From an uncultured Spirochaetota bacterium (GTDB lineage Bacteria; Spirochaetota; Spirochaetia; SZUA-6; Fen-1364), in assembly GCA_963820525.1 (NCBI GenBank), contig CAWGAA010000001.1, forward strand, positions 2,144,001 to 2,208,000: a stretch of DNA of 64,000 bases, written 5' to 3'. Below are positions 1 to 10,005 of the stretch, piece by piece; the stretch's first letter is position 1; every line of letters begins with the position of its first letter. The notes below the pieces were generated by a model. It did not search any database. It was given only the letters and a program-made list of their open reading frames with translations, and was not told the origin of the DNA. The translations under genes were made by a program, and so were the position numbers.

Positions 1-1
1 A

Positions 2-1894
2 GTATGCCTTGGATATGGGATCATCGGCGGCAGCCTCCTTCGCGGCCAGGACCAGGGCAGGCGCGCCGGGGATATAGCGCTGCGTGTCCTGGCGGGGGAA
101 AACCCCGAGAAAATCCCCGTGGTCATGGAGAGCACGTCGCGGCCGATGTTCGACTACCGCCTGCTTTCCCGCTACAAGATCCCCCTTAATGCCCTTCCGA
201 CGCGAAGCATCGTGATAAACAAGCCGGTGAGCTTATTCGATCGATATGGAACCGCGGCGCTGTGGGCCCTGGCGATCTTCGGCGCGCTTTGCGCAATGGT
301 CGTTTTTCTTTTCGTGGCCGTCATCCGGCGCAGGAAGGCGGAGCGGGAGCTTGCGCAAAGCGAGTCCCGCCTCAGGGTCATCCTCGATTCGACAAGCGAC
401 GTGATTCTGGCCACGGATGTCTCGAGGATTGCCACGGCCTGCAACCCTGCCATGGAGCAGCTCTTCGGCTATCGGCCCCAGGAAGTGCTCGGCCGCTCCG
501 TGGAGATGCTCCACTTCTCCGCCGAGCACTTCAAGAGGTTCGGCGAGATCGCCTTCCCCATCGTGGAGAGGGACGGCTTCTGGCGCGGCGAGTGGGAGTA
601 TAGAAGGAAGGACGGAAGCCCGCTTTCCGCGGAGTCCGTAATAACCGCGCAGAAGACGGCCGAGGGAAAGCTGCTGGGATACGTGGGAGTGATCAGGGAT
701 ATCCGGGAGCGAAAGCGCGCCCAGGAAGCCTTGCACAAGACCGAGGAGAAGCTCCAGCAGGCGCAAAAGATGGAGGCGGTGGGCAGGCTCGCCGGAGGAA
801 TAGCCCACGATTTCAACAACCTCCTCACGGTGATCCGGGGCTACGGGGACCTCGCCCTCGAGCGCACGGGGCAGGCGGATCCCCTTCGCGCCGACCTGGT
901 GGAGATCAGGAGGGCGTCCGAACGGGCGACGATGTTGACGGCCCAGCTTCTCGCCTTCAGCCGCAAGCAGATCTTCCAGCCCCGGGTCTTCAGCCTGAAC
1001 GACCTGGTGGCGGATATGACCAAGATGCTCCAGCGCCTGATCGGCGAGGACATCGAGCTTTCAACGTCGCTGGCCCAGGGCTCGCGCAGCGTCAAGGCGG
1101 ATCCCGGCCAGATCGAGCAAGTGATCATGAACCTGGTGTTGAACGCCCGGGACGCAATGCCCCAGGGCGGAAGGCTCGTCCTGGAAACGGCGGAGATGGA
1201 TCTCGGGGACGAATTCGTGAGGGAGCATCCCGAGGTGCGAAAGGGGCGCTACGTCTCCCTCACAATCCGCGATACCGGAATCGGCATGGACAAGGAAACG
1301 CTGTCCCACCTCTTCGAGCCGTTCTTCACGACAAAGGAGAAGGGAAAGGGCACGGGACTGGGGCTTTCAACCGTCTATGGAGTCATGAAGCAGAGCGGCG
1401 GCCACGTGTTCTGCGCGAGCACGCCGGGATCCGGGACTTCCTTCACCCTCTACCTTCCCTGCACGGAGGCGAGCGCTCAGAAGGAGCTGCACGGCGCCGG
1501 CGGCGACGCTGTCCGCGGCGGGAGCGAAACCATCATCCTGGTGGAGGACGAGGATGCCGTGCGCGGGTTCGTGAAATCCACTTTGACCGGCTGGGGGTAC
1601 ACGGTACGGGAGTCTCGCGATGGTCAGGAGGCTCTCCAGCTCATTTTCGATGAGAAGGCCCCGGCAGATCTCGTGATAACGGACGTCGTGATGCCCCACA
1701 TGAGCGGCAGGGAGCTCGCCCAACGGATCAGAAGCGTCAGGCCCGACGCCAAGATCCTCTTCATCTCGGGATATGCGGGAGGCTCGATGGACTCCCCGGA
1801 CGGAAGCAGGGTCGAAGAGCATTTCATCCAGAAGCCATTCAGCCCGGAAGATCTGGTGAAGGAGGTGAGGATCGTTTTAGACGAGCCGGTGTGA
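2..1894 (+). CDS. Hybrid sensor histidine kinase/response regulator (extracellular sensor, TM, PAS, HisKA, HATPase, REC); 5'-truncated by window edge
   Basis: Frame is open from base 2 (VCLGYGIIGG...). TM segment, PAS (TACNPAMEQLFGY), H-box LAGGIAHDFNNLL, N-box NLVLNARDAM, G boxes DTGIGM/KGTGLGLS, REC with LVITDVVMP and FIQKP. Confidence 0.93.
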   Translation, partial: VCLGYGIIGGSLLRGQDQGRRAGDIALRVLAGENPEKIPVVMESTSRPMFDYRLLSRYKIPLNALPTRSIVINKPVSLFDRYGTAALWALAIFGALCAMVVFLFVAVIRRRKAERELAQSESRLRVILDSTSDVILATDVSRIATACNPAMEQLFGYRPQEVLGRSVEMLHFSAEHFKRFGEIAFPIVERDGFWRGEWEYRRKDGSPLSAESVITAQKTAEGKLLGYVGVIRDIRERKRAQEALHKTEEKLQQAQKMEAVGRLAGGIAHDFNNLLTVIRGYGDLALERTGQADPLRADLVEIRRASERATMLTAQLLAFSRKQIFQPRVFSLNDLVADMTKMLQRLIGEDIELSTSLAQGSRSVKADPGQIEQVIMNLVLNARDAMPQGGRLVLETAEMDLGDEFVREHPEVRKGRYVSLTIRDTGIGMDKETLSHLFEPFFTTKEKGKGTGLGLSTVYGVMKQSGGHVFCASTPGSGTSFTLYLPCTEASAQKELHGAGGDAVRGGSETIILVEDEDAVRGFVKSTLTGWGYTVRESRDGQEALQLIFDEKAPADLVITDVVMPHMSGRELAQRIRSVRPDAKILFISGYAGGSMDSPDGSRVEEHFIQKPFSPEDLVKEVRIVLDEPV

Positions 1895-1984
1895 TATCGA
1901 CGGCCGCGGCATGCCGGCCCTGCCTCGGACGCCGGTCTTCGCCCCGCCTCCTCTTGACCATGTGTGTCCAAATCCGTACTCTCC

Positions 1985-1990
1985 TTGACA
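1985..1990 (+). promoter_or_regulatory. Possible sigma70 -35 box upstream of the hydrogenase operon
   Basis: Perfect TTGACA about 40 nt before the ATG at 2028. No convincing -10 at 17-nt spacing. Confidence 0.3.
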
Positions 1991-2027
1991 AATCCACTTA
2001 AGTTCCGGAATGACTCACGGAGTAGTT

Positions 2028-3461
2028 ATGGGATACAGCATACTTCTGCCCGTTTGCGTCTTCACGCCTCTGGCGGGCGCATTCCTCCTCCCCATTGCTG
2101 GCCGCTTTTCACCGGCCTTGAGAAACTATCTCTCCCTTCTCCTGGTTCTCGTGTCCCTGGCATGTTCCCTGGCTCTGGCTGCCGGCGCGATCTCGGGCCA
2201 GACCGTCTCTTTCCTCATCCCCGGTCCCCTCGGCTTCTCGTTCTCGCTCACCGCGGACGCCCTGGCTGTCTTCATGGCGGCGGTTTCCTCCCTGGTGGGG
2301 GCCGTCATCATCCTTTTCTCCTTCGACTACATCGGCCACTACTCCAACCAGAACGAGTACTACCTGATGGCGGTGCTCTTCCTCGGATCCATGATGGGGT
2401 TGATCTTCTCCACCAACCTCGTGTTCCTCTTCGTCTTCTGGGAGATCACGGGCATCGCAAGCTGGCGGCTCATCGGCTTCTCTAGGGGGAAAACCGACGT
2501 CCTGCGCGCGGACAAGGCCTTCCTCATCACGTCCTTCGGCGCGCTGGTCATGCTGGTCGGCATCCTCGCCGTCTACGGGCTTACGGGCACCTTCGACCTT
2601 GAGGCCATGAAGGGCACCGTTCTGCCCCTGGGAGTGTCGGCCCTCCTGCTCGTCGGGATGCTGTCCAAGTCCGCAACATTCCCCTTCCACACGTGGCTTC
2701 CCGACGCGGGCGTGGCCCCCTCTCCGGTGACCGCCCTCCTGCACGCGGCGGTCCTTGTCAAGATAGGCGTCTATGTCTTTGCGAGGCTTTTCCTGGCCAC
2801 CTTCGGCATTGGAGAGGATCTGCGGACCGCGGTGGCGATCATCGCCGCTATCAGCGCCCTGGTCAGCGCCGGAGCGGCGCTCATCGATACCGATTTCAAG
2901 CGGATCGTAGCCTACTCCACCATCAGCCAGATCGGCTTCATATTCCTGGGGCTCGCAATGGGAAGCTCCCTGGGAGTGACGGGGGCCCTTCTCTATATCC
3001 TCATGCACGGCCTGGCCAAGGCGGGACTGTTCCTCTCCGCGGGGATCGTGGAGCAGAACGCGGGCACCAAGGACATCACCAGGCTGGGCGGCCTGATGCG
3101 AACCATGCCGGTGACGGCCGTGGCGTTCCTCTTCTGCGCCTTTTCCGTCATGGGAATTCCGCCCTTCGGCGGGTTCCTGGCCAAATACATGGTGGTCTCC
3201 GCGGCCGTGAACGGCGGCGAGCTCGCCCTGGGCGCCGTGTTCCTGAGCGGCGCCCTCATGACGATCCTCTACCTGCTTCGGCTGTTCTCCCGCGTCTTCC
3301 TCGGGGAGGCCAGGGGCGCGCCGGCGAGCGAGGGCTCGCCCCTCATGGTGGCGAGCGTCGTGATCCTCGCCGTCCTCTCGCTGGCCGGAGGGTTCCTGGC
3401 GGCATGGCCGGGAGCGCTCGCCGGGATCGCGGTCGCTCAGATGCCGGGGGTGATTCCATGA
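2028..3461 (+). CDS. Antiporter-like (MrpA/MrpD, NuoL/M/N family) membrane subunit 1 of energy-converting hydrogenase
   Basis: Highly hydrophobic. Motifs FVFWEIT, KSATFPFHTWLPDA, PSPVTALLHA, KRIVAYSTISQIG, GIPPFGGFLAK. GGAG RBS before ATG 2028. Confidence 0.9.
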   Translation: MGYSILLPVCVFTPLAGAFLLPIAGRFSPALRNYLSLLLVLVSLACSLALAAGAISGQTVSFLIPGPLGFSFSLTADALAVFMAAVSSLVGAVIILFSFDYIGHYSNQNEYYLMAVLFLGSMMGLIFSTNLVFLFVFWEITGIASWRLIGFSRGKTDVLRADKAFLITSFGALVMLVGILAVYGLTGTFDLEAMKGTVLPLGVSALLLVGMLSKSATFPFHTWLPDAGVAPSPVTALLHAAVLVKIGVYVFARLFLATFGIGEDLRTAVAIIAAISALVSAGAALIDTDFKRIVAYSTISQIGFIFLGLAMGSSLGVTGALLYILMHGLAKAGLFLSAGIVEQNAGTKDITRLGGLMRTMPVTAVAFLFCAFSVMGIPPFGGFLAKYMVVSAAVNGGELALGAVFLSGALMTILYLLRLFSRVFLGEARGAPASEGSPLMVASVVILAVLSLAGGFLAAWPGALAGIAVAQMPGVIP

Positions 3462-5311
3462 ACGGAAATCTTCTGATCCTTCCCATAGTCGTGCCCGCCG
3501 TGGGAGGGCTCCTGGCTTTCCTTCTCCCCTCCCGAAGGCTTCGATGGGCCGCGGGCGCGCTCGCCGTCCTGGTATCGGTAATCCAGGCCGCGCTTGCAAT
3601 CCTGCTCTTCCCGCTGGATCTCTCTTTTACGATCCCCTGGCTGGGGATGGGAATGGATTTCGCGCTCAGGCTCACCCGCCTGTCCGCTTTCATTCTCCTT
3701 GCCGTGGCGGGCTTTGGCCTCCTGGTCTCCCTCTACGCGAGCCGCTTCATGGCGGGCTCGCCATCCGGCCGGCAGTTCCATGCCTGGCTGCTCCTCACCC
3801 TGTCTTTCGCAGCCGGCGCTGCGCTGGCCGACAACCTGGTGCTCCTTCTTGGATTCTGGGAGGGGCTGCTGCTCACCCAGTTCGCAATGATCGCCGCGGG
3901 AAAGACTCGGGCCTTTAGGACCGCCATCAAGGCCTTCATCATCGTCGGGGTTTCGGACCTCGCCCTGATGCTGGGCGTCATGCTCACCTCCCGCCTGGCG
4001 GGCACGCTTACCATGTCGGCCATCAGGCTTCCCCTGGACGGGCTGGGAAGCGCCGCTTTCCTCCTTATGGCCATCGGGGCCATGGGCAAGGCAGGGGCCA
4101 TGCCCTTCCATAGCTGGATCCCCGACGCGGCGCTGGATGCGCCGCTTCCCTTCATGGCCATCCTTCCGGCGAGCATCGAGAAGCTCCTGGGCATCTATCT
4201 CCTGGCGCGCGTATCGCTGGATCTCTTCGCCCTGGTTCCCGGCTCGTGGGTCTCCATGGCCCTGATGACAGTCGGGGCTCTCACGATCCTTCTTGCGGTC
4301 ATGATGGCCCTGGTGCAGAAGGATTTCAAACGCCTGCTCTCCTACCACGCCATAAGCCAGGTCGGCTACATGATCCTGGGTATCGGCACGGCTCTTCCCG
4401 TGGGAATCGTGGGCGGGCTTTTCCACATGGTGAATCACGCCATGTACAAGTCCTGCCTCTTTCTCACCGGCGGCTCGGTCGAAAAACAGGCGGGGACCAC
4501 GGACCTTACCAGGCTGGGGGGCCTCGCGCGAAGCATGCCGGTGACAACCCCGTGCTTCATCGTGGCCGCCGCCTCCATCTCGGGGGTGCCGCCCTTCAAC
4601 GGCTTCTTCTCGAAGGAGCTGGTCTATGACGGCGCCCTGGAGCGGGGGTGGATCTTCTACGCCGCCGCGCTCCTCGGATCGCTCCTCACGGCAGCCTCTT
4701 TCCTCAAGCTCGGTCACGCCGCCTTCTTCGGAAAGCGGGCGGACAACGCTCCCCAGGTCAAGGAAGCGCCCCCCGCAATGCTCGCCCCCATGATCGTTCT
4801 TGCCGGCCTGTGCGTCCTGTTCGGCGTTGCCAACCGCCTCCCGCTGGAGGGCTTCATCCAGCCCGGCGTCAGCTCGTCGATCCTCCAGGGGGTCTCCTTT
4901 GCCGGATGGCCCGCAAAGTCCCTCCTGGTCTGGCTGACTCTCGCGGTTCTCGCGGCCGCGGGCTTGAATCACTGGTACGGCGTTCGACGGTCGGGAAGCG
5001 GCCTGGGCGCCGTTGACCACATCCACCGCGCCCCGGTTCTGGCCCCCATCTATTCAATTGCGGAGAAAGGACGGCTGGATCCTTACTGGATCGGCCGCTG
5101 GGCTGTGAAGGGCATTTCCGCAGCGCTCTGGGGGATCGATCGCGGCGTCGATTGGCTGTATGACGCTCTTGCCGTGAAATCCGCGCTCGGCCTGACGGCG
5201 CTCCTGCGCCGGCTTCACAACGGGAGGGTCAACCGCTACCTGTTGTGGTCTCTTGCCGGCGGGGCGGCGATCGTGATCGCCGTCGTGGCCTGGCTGGGGG
5301 CCGGACGATGA
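3458..5311 (+). CDS. Antiporter-like membrane subunit 2 (NuoL/MrpA-like, with C-terminal extension)
   Basis: ATGA overlap with the previous gene. KAGAMPFHSWIPDA, KRLLSYHAISQVG, GVPPFNGFFSKE. C-terminal amphipathic helix plus TM (HNGRVNRYLLW). Confidence 0.9.
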   Translation: MNGNLLILPIVVPAVGGLLAFLLPSRRLRWAAGALAVLVSVIQAALAILLFPLDLSFTIPWLGMGMDFALRLTRLSAFILLAVAGFGLLVSLYASRFMAGSPSGRQFHAWLLLTLSFAAGAALADNLVLLLGFWEGLLLTQFAMIAAGKTRAFRTAIKAFIIVGVSDLALMLGVMLTSRLAGTLTMSAIRLPLDGLGSAAFLLMAIGAMGKAGAMPFHSWIPDAALDAPLPFMAILPASIEKLLGIYLLARVSLDLFALVPGSWVSMALMTVGALTILLAVMMALVQKDFKRLLSYHAISQVGYMILGIGTALPVGIVGGLFHMVNHAMYKSCLFLTGGSVEKQAGTTDLTRLGGLARSMPVTTPCFIVAAASISGVPPFNGFFSKELVYDGALERGWIFYAAALLGSLLTAASFLKLGHAAFFGKRADNAPQVKEAPPAMLAPMIVLAGLCVLFGVANRLPLEGFIQPGVSSSILQGVSFAGWPAKSLLVWLTLAVLAAAGLNHWYGVRRSGSGLGAVDHIHRAPVLAPIYSIAEKGRLDPYWIGRWAVKGISAALWGIDRGVDWLYDALAVKSALGLTALLRRLHNGRVNRYLLWSLAGGAAIVIAVVAWLGAGR

Positions 5312-6720
5312 GCGATATCCTCCTCCTGGTCCCCTTCGCGGCGCTGATCGCGCTGAACCTCCTGCCCAAAAGCGCCCGCGGCGCGGCAGGCAGCGTATGC
5401 ATTGCGCTTCTCTTCCTGCAGACGGCGACGGCTGCGATTCACGCCTTCGGCCTGTTCGACTGGTCTTTTCTCGCGCCCCTGGAGAGGGCCCTCGGGTTCA
5501 ACCTGCAGGTCGACAACCTGAGCGTCCTGCTCCTCATAAGCTCGGGGCTCGCCGGAATGGCCGCATTGCTGGTGGCGAGGCCGGTGCTCCGCCAGAAGAG
5601 CGACACCTTCACGTTCGCAAACCTTCTCCTGGTGGCCCTGATCGGAATGAACGGAATCGCCGTTGTGCGCGACCTGTTCACCCTGTACGTTTTCATCGAG
5701 GTGACGGCCGTTTCCACCTTCATCCTCATCGGCCTCCGCCACGGCGCGGATGCCTTCGAGGGGGCATGGAAGTACATCATCCTTTCCGCCGTGGCGAGCG
5801 TGTTCATTCTTTGCTCGATCGGGCTGTTTCTCCTCACCGCGGGTGGCGTCGGCTTCCCGGCCGTGGCCATCGCGCTGGCCGCGCCGGGGCCGCTCACCTG
5901 GGCCGCGGTGGCGCTTTTGCTCTGCGGGCTTTTCGTCAAGGGGGGGCTCGTGCCCTTCCACGGCTGGATTGCGGATGCATATACCGCGGCCCCCGCTCCC
6001 GTGTCCATTTTCATGGCGGGAGTCGTCACCAAGGCATCCGGGATCTTCGCCCTCATCCGCCTTTCCCGATTCGCCCTCTCCCAGGCGGCCCCGGCGCGTG
6101 AAGTGTTCCTCGTGGTCGGCGCCCTGACGATCGTCGTGGGGGCGTTCCTCGCCCTGGGGCAATCCGACATGAAAAGGATGCTCGCCTACTCCAGCGTGAG
6201 CCAGATCGGCTACATCGTGCTCGCCCTCGGGGGGGCCCCGGCCCTGGGGATCGTCGCCGCGGCGCTTCACTTCTTCAACCACGCCGTATCCAAGGCGCAG
6301 CTCTTCACCAACGCCGCCGCGATAGAGACCCAGCTGGGCACCCTCGACATGGACAGGATGGGAGGGATCGCATCCCGGATGCCGGTGACGGGGGCCACCT
6401 CGGCCGTGGCGAGCCTCTCGATCGCCGGGCTCCCGCCCCTTGCGGGCTTCTGGAGCAAGCTCCTCATCGTCATCGCCCTGTGGCAGGCCGGGCAGTACGC
6501 CTTCGCCGTGGTGGCGATCCTCGCCAGCCTGGTGACGCTGGCCTATTTCCTCTCTCTACAACGCAGGGTGTTCTTCGGAAAGACCCTTCCCGAATGGACC
6601 GGGGTTCGCGAGGCGGGGTTCCGCTACATCTTTCCCGCCGCGCTCCTGGCCCTGATCACCGTGGCAATCGGGCTGGCGTTCCCCTTCGTGCTCTCGATAC
6701 TCCTGGGAGGCGGCGTATGA
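5308..6720 (+). CDS. Antiporter-like membrane subunit 3 (MrpD/NuoM/N-like)
   Basis: ATGA overlap. LYVFIE, KGGLVPFHGWIADAY, KRMLAYSSVSQIG, GLPPLAGFWSK. Confidence 0.9.
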   Translation: MSDILLLVPFAALIALNLLPKSARGAAGSVCIALLFLQTATAAIHAFGLFDWSFLAPLERALGFNLQVDNLSVLLLISSGLAGMAALLVARPVLRQKSDTFTFANLLLVALIGMNGIAVVRDLFTLYVFIEVTAVSTFILIGLRHGADAFEGAWKYIILSAVASVFILCSIGLFLLTAGGVGFPAVAIALAAPGPLTWAAVALLLCGLFVKGGLVPFHGWIADAYTAAPAPVSIFMAGVVTKASGIFALIRLSRFALSQAAPAREVFLVVGALTIVVGAFLALGQSDMKRMLAYSSVSQIGYIVLALGGAPALGIVAAALHFFNHAVSKAQLFTNAAAIETQLGTLDMDRMGGIASRMPVTGATSAVASLSIAGLPPLAGFWSKLLIVIALWQAGQYAFAVVAILASLVTLAYFLSLQRRVFFGKTLPEWTGVREAGFRYIFPAALLALITVAIGLAFPFVLSILLGGGV

Positions 6721-7211
6721 CCCTGATGACCATCATCCTGGTTCTCCTGGTTCTTGCCGCGCTGTGGGCCTCGATGACGATGCTCCTCCTGCGCGCGGCG
6801 ATAGCCCTGGCCCTCACCAGCGCCATGCTCGCCGTGGTCATGTACAGCCTCGGAGCCACCCTCGCCGCCGTCATCGAGCTTTCCGTATGCGCGGGGCTCA
6901 TCTCGGTGGTCTTCGTGAGCGTCATCAGCCTCACCCAGCGGCGGCCCTTCCGGGAGTACATCGAGCGCAGACGCAGCCGCATCCGCCGCTTCTGGCCGCT
7001 GCCCCTGGTGCTGATAGCGGCCGGAGCGGCGCTCTCCTTCGTGCATGCCCCCGTCCAGATCGCCCTTCCCCTCCCGTCGGGAGCCGGGGACGTGCGCACC
7101 GTCCTGTGGAACCTCCGCCAGATCGACCTGTTCGGGCAGATCCTGATTCTCCTGGCCGGAGTATTCGGGGTGCTGGTACTTTTCAAGAGGGAAGAAAAAG
7201 ATGCCGATTGA
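6717..7211 (+). CDS. NuoJ-like / MbhD-like membrane subunit
   Basis: ATGA overlap. AAVIELSVCAGLISV and LWNLRQIDLFGQ motifs. Small hydrophobic protein in operon position. Confidence 0.78.
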   Translation: MTLMTIILVLLVLAALWASMTMLLLRAAIALALTSAMLAVVMYSLGATLAAVIELSVCAGLISVVFVSVISLTQRRPFREYIERRRSRIRRFWPLPLVLIAAGAALSFVHAPVQIALPLPSGAGDVRTVLWNLRQIDLFGQILILLAGVFGVLVLFKREEKDAD

Positions 7212-7521
7212 GATCCCCCAGTCCTTCTGGTTGTACTTCATATTCTTCGTCCTTCTCCTCGTGGACGGGCTGTGGTGCCTGCTGGCCACGTACAACCTCC
7301 TTCGCATGCTCATTGGCCTTGAGATCCTCATGAAGTCCGTCACCTTCTTCCTCATCGTGGCGGGCGCCTTGAGCGGTAGAATGGGCCTGGCCCAGGCCAT
7401 GGTGATCACCGTCATCGTCATCGAGGTGGTGGTCGTGGTCGTGGCGGCGGGGGTCATCCTGGGCTTCTTCCGCGCCCATGATTCGCTGAACATCAGGAAC
7501 ACGGGAAGGATGAAGGGGTAG
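7201..7521 (+). CDS. NuoK/MrpC-like (4L) membrane subunit
   Basis: 3 TM helices. NLLRMLIGLEIL and VIVIEVVV carry the conserved membrane glutamates. Confidence 0.85.
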   Translation: MPIEIPQSFWLYFIFFVLLLVDGLWCLLATYNLLRMLIGLEILMKSVTFFLIVAGALSGRMGLAQAMVITVIVIEVVVVVVAAGVILGFFRAHDSLNIRNTGRMKG

Positions 7522-7524
7522 CCC

Positions 7525-7857
7525 ATGGCGATGCTCTTCCTCGTTCCCCCCGTCGCCCTCACCCTTCTCGTGCTCACCGTGTGGGGGCTTTCAGCGGCTT
7601 CCCGCTCCCTTTCGTTCAAGAGGAAAGGCCCGCGCGGCGCCCTGGACAAGCCGTACGCCGGCGGCGAGGACGTCCAGAAGCAAAGGTTCCAGCCCGACTA
7701 CAGCCAGTTCTTTCCCTTTGCCTTCTTCTTCACTATCCTTCACGTGGTGACGCTGATCGTAGCCACGGCCCCGGCGCGGACCATAGAAAGCTTCGCCATC
7801 GCGGTCATCTACGTTCTTGGCGCAGTGCTTGCGCTGTTCATTCTGTTTCGGAGGTAA
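7525..7857 (+). CDS. NuoA-like membrane subunit
   Basis: TM, loop KPYAGGE (compare NuoA PYECG), then FFPFAFFFTILHV and two TMs. Confidence 0.75.
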   Translation: MAMLFLVPPVALTLLVLTVWGLSAASRSLSFKRKGPRGALDKPYAGGEDVQKQRFQPDYSQFFPFAFFFTILHVVTLIVATAPARTIESFAIAVIYVLGAVLALFILFRR

Positions 7858-7867
7858 TCATCGACCA

Positions 7868-8305
7868 ATGAACGTATTTCGAAGGATCGTCCGCTGGGCG
7901 CAGAGGAAATCCCCCTGGATGCTTCACTTCAACACGGGGGCCTGCAACGCCTGCGACATCGAGATCATTGCGGCCCTCACCCCGCGCTTCGACCTGGAGC
8001 GGCTGGGGGTCCAGCTCAAGGGGACCCCTCGGCACTGCGACATCCTGGCCTGCTCGGGGCCCGTGACCAGGCAGATCAAGGACAGGCTGGTGCGCATCTA
8101 CGAGCAGGTGCCGGAGCCGAAGATCGTGGTGGCCGTTGGAAGCTGCGCCACCAGCGGCGGAGTGTTCAACGGCCTGTACAATGTCATGGGCGGAATCGAC
8201 AAGGCGATCCCCGTGACGGCCTACATCCCCGGCTGCCCGGCGAGCCCCCAGGCCATCATCGACGGGTTCGCCAAGCTCATCAAGAGCCTCGAAGAGAAGA
8301 AATGA
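7868..8305 (+). CDS. [NiFe]-hydrogenase small subunit (NuoB/EchC/MbhJ family)
   Basis: SPWMLHFNTGACNACDIE has CxxC (hydrogenase type, not the NuoB tandem CC). Also TPRHCD, AVGSCATSGG, YIPGCP. Confidence 0.92.
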   Translation: MNVFRRIVRWAQRKSPWMLHFNTGACNACDIEIIAALTPRFDLERLGVQLKGTPRHCDILACSGPVTRQIKDRLVRIYEQVPEPKIVVAVGSCATSGGVFNGLYNVMGGIDKAIPVTAYIPGCPASPQAIIDGFAKLIKSLEEKK

Positions 8306-8775
8306 GCGACGCACAGGCCGTGAAGGCCGATCTTGAAGGAACCTTCCCGTTTCTGGCGGGCGCCGTCACGATACAGCGCGAGAAGCGGCTGTGGGTCGAG
8401 GTCTCCCGGGAAGCCTTCGCCGAGGTGTTCGACCGTCTGGTGAAGGGCATGGGCTTTTCCACCCTCTGCACGATTACGGGCCTCGACGAGGGCGCCGATC
8501 TCGGCTTCATCCATCACCTGGCGCGCGACGGGGGCCTCGTGGCGAGCGTGAAGACGCGCTGTCCCAAGGGCCAGGGGATCAAAACCGTCACCCCCTGGTT
8601 CCCCGGCGCCGCCATCTACGAGAGGGAGCTGGAGGACCTGTTGGGCGCGCGCGTCGAGGGCCTTCCCCCCGGCCAGCGCTACCCGCTTCCCGACGACTGG
8701 CCCAAGGACGATCATCCCCTCCTGAAGGACTGGAAGCCCAAGGCGGCCGCCGAGGAGAAAGGAGCCGGAGCGTGA
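8302..8775 (+). CDS. NuoC-like subunit (EchD/MbhK family)
   Basis: LCTITGLD, AIYERELEDLLG, DDWPKDDHPLLKDW. Confidence 0.88.
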   Translation: MSDAQAVKADLEGTFPFLAGAVTIQREKRLWVEVSREAFAEVFDRLVKGMGFSTLCTITGLDEGADLGFIHHLARDGGLVASVKTRCPKGQGIKTVTPWFPGAAIYERELEDLLGARVEGLPPGQRYPLPDDWPKDDHPLLKDWKPKAAAEEKGAGA

Positions 8776-10005
8776 GCGACAGGGACAGGATCGTTACAGT
8801 CCCCATCGGGCCCCAGCATCCGGCGCTCAAGGAGCCGGAGAGCTTCATGGTGGACCTTCGGGGAGAGAAGATCGACGCGGTGCGTATGAAGATCGGCTAC
8901 AACCACCGCGGCATCGAGAAGGGCTGCGAGAGCCGCTCCTACACTCAGGACCTCTACCTGGTGGAGCGCATCTGCGGAATCTGCTCCTACGCCCACTCCA
9001 CGGCGTTCGTCCAGGCCGTGGAGGAGATCGCGGGCCTCGAGGTCCCGCGCAGAGCTCGCTTCATCAGGCACCCTGATCGCGGAGCTGGAGCGGATCCACA
9101 GCCATCTGTTGTGGCTGGGGGTGGCGGGGCACGAGATCGGCTTCGACACTCTGCTCATGTACACGTGGCGGGACCGCGAGCAGGTGATGATCCTCCTGGC
9201 CCAGCTCACCGGCAACAGGGTCAACTATGGAATGAACACGTTTGGCGGAGTCAGGCGCGACATCACCCCGGAGCAGATCCCCGAGATCCTTCGGGTGGTG
9301 GACCTGCTGGAAGAGCGCACGAAATACTACATCGAGCTTGCCCAGAGCGAGGAGACCGTGATCCGGCGTCTGTCCGGCGTCGGGAAACTGAGCAGGGACG
9401 ATTGTCTCAGGCTGGGCGCCGTCGGGCCTACGGCCCGCGCGTCGGGAGTGGACCGCGATACGCGGCGGGACGATCCGTACGCGGCGTACTCCGAGGTCTC
9501 TTTCAAGGTGATCACGGACACCCACTGCGACGTGTACGGAAGGACCGTCGTGCGCCTCGGCGAGCTCATGGAGTCCTACTCCATCATCCGGCAGCTGGCC
9601 AAGAACCTTCCCGAGGGGCCCATTGCGGTCAAGGCTCCCCGCCGAATCCCGGCCGGGGAGGCGGTGAGCCGCTACGAAGCGCCGCGGGGAGAAGACTTCC
9701 ACTACGTGCGGGGAAACGGCTCCGAGAAGCCGGAGAGGGTCAAGGTGCGGGCGCCCACCCTTGCCAACACCCAGGCGGTGGCCAAGATGCTGGAGGACGG
9801 CTATCTGGCAGACCTCCCCATCGTCATTGCGGCCATCGATCCCTGTTTCTCCTGCACGGACAGGATGGTTGCAGTCAGGGATCGCTCGAAGCGGGAATCC
9901 CGGAGCCTCACGTGGGGAGAGATCTCCCGCTACGGCGTGGACTGGTATCGCGCGCGCGGCATCGACTTTTCGAAGGTTTCCATCCCGGGAGGGCCACGGG
10001 CATGA
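8772..10005 (+). CDS. Group 4 [NiFe]-hydrogenase large subunit; apparent +1 frameshift near 9069
   Basis: GTG start overlaps the previous TGA. PIGPQHP, GYNHRGIEK, L1 motif ERICGIC. After removing one base near 9069 the frame continues TLIAELERIHSHLLW...EAPRGE...L2 motif DPCFSCTDR plus a C-terminal extension. Confidence 0.9.
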
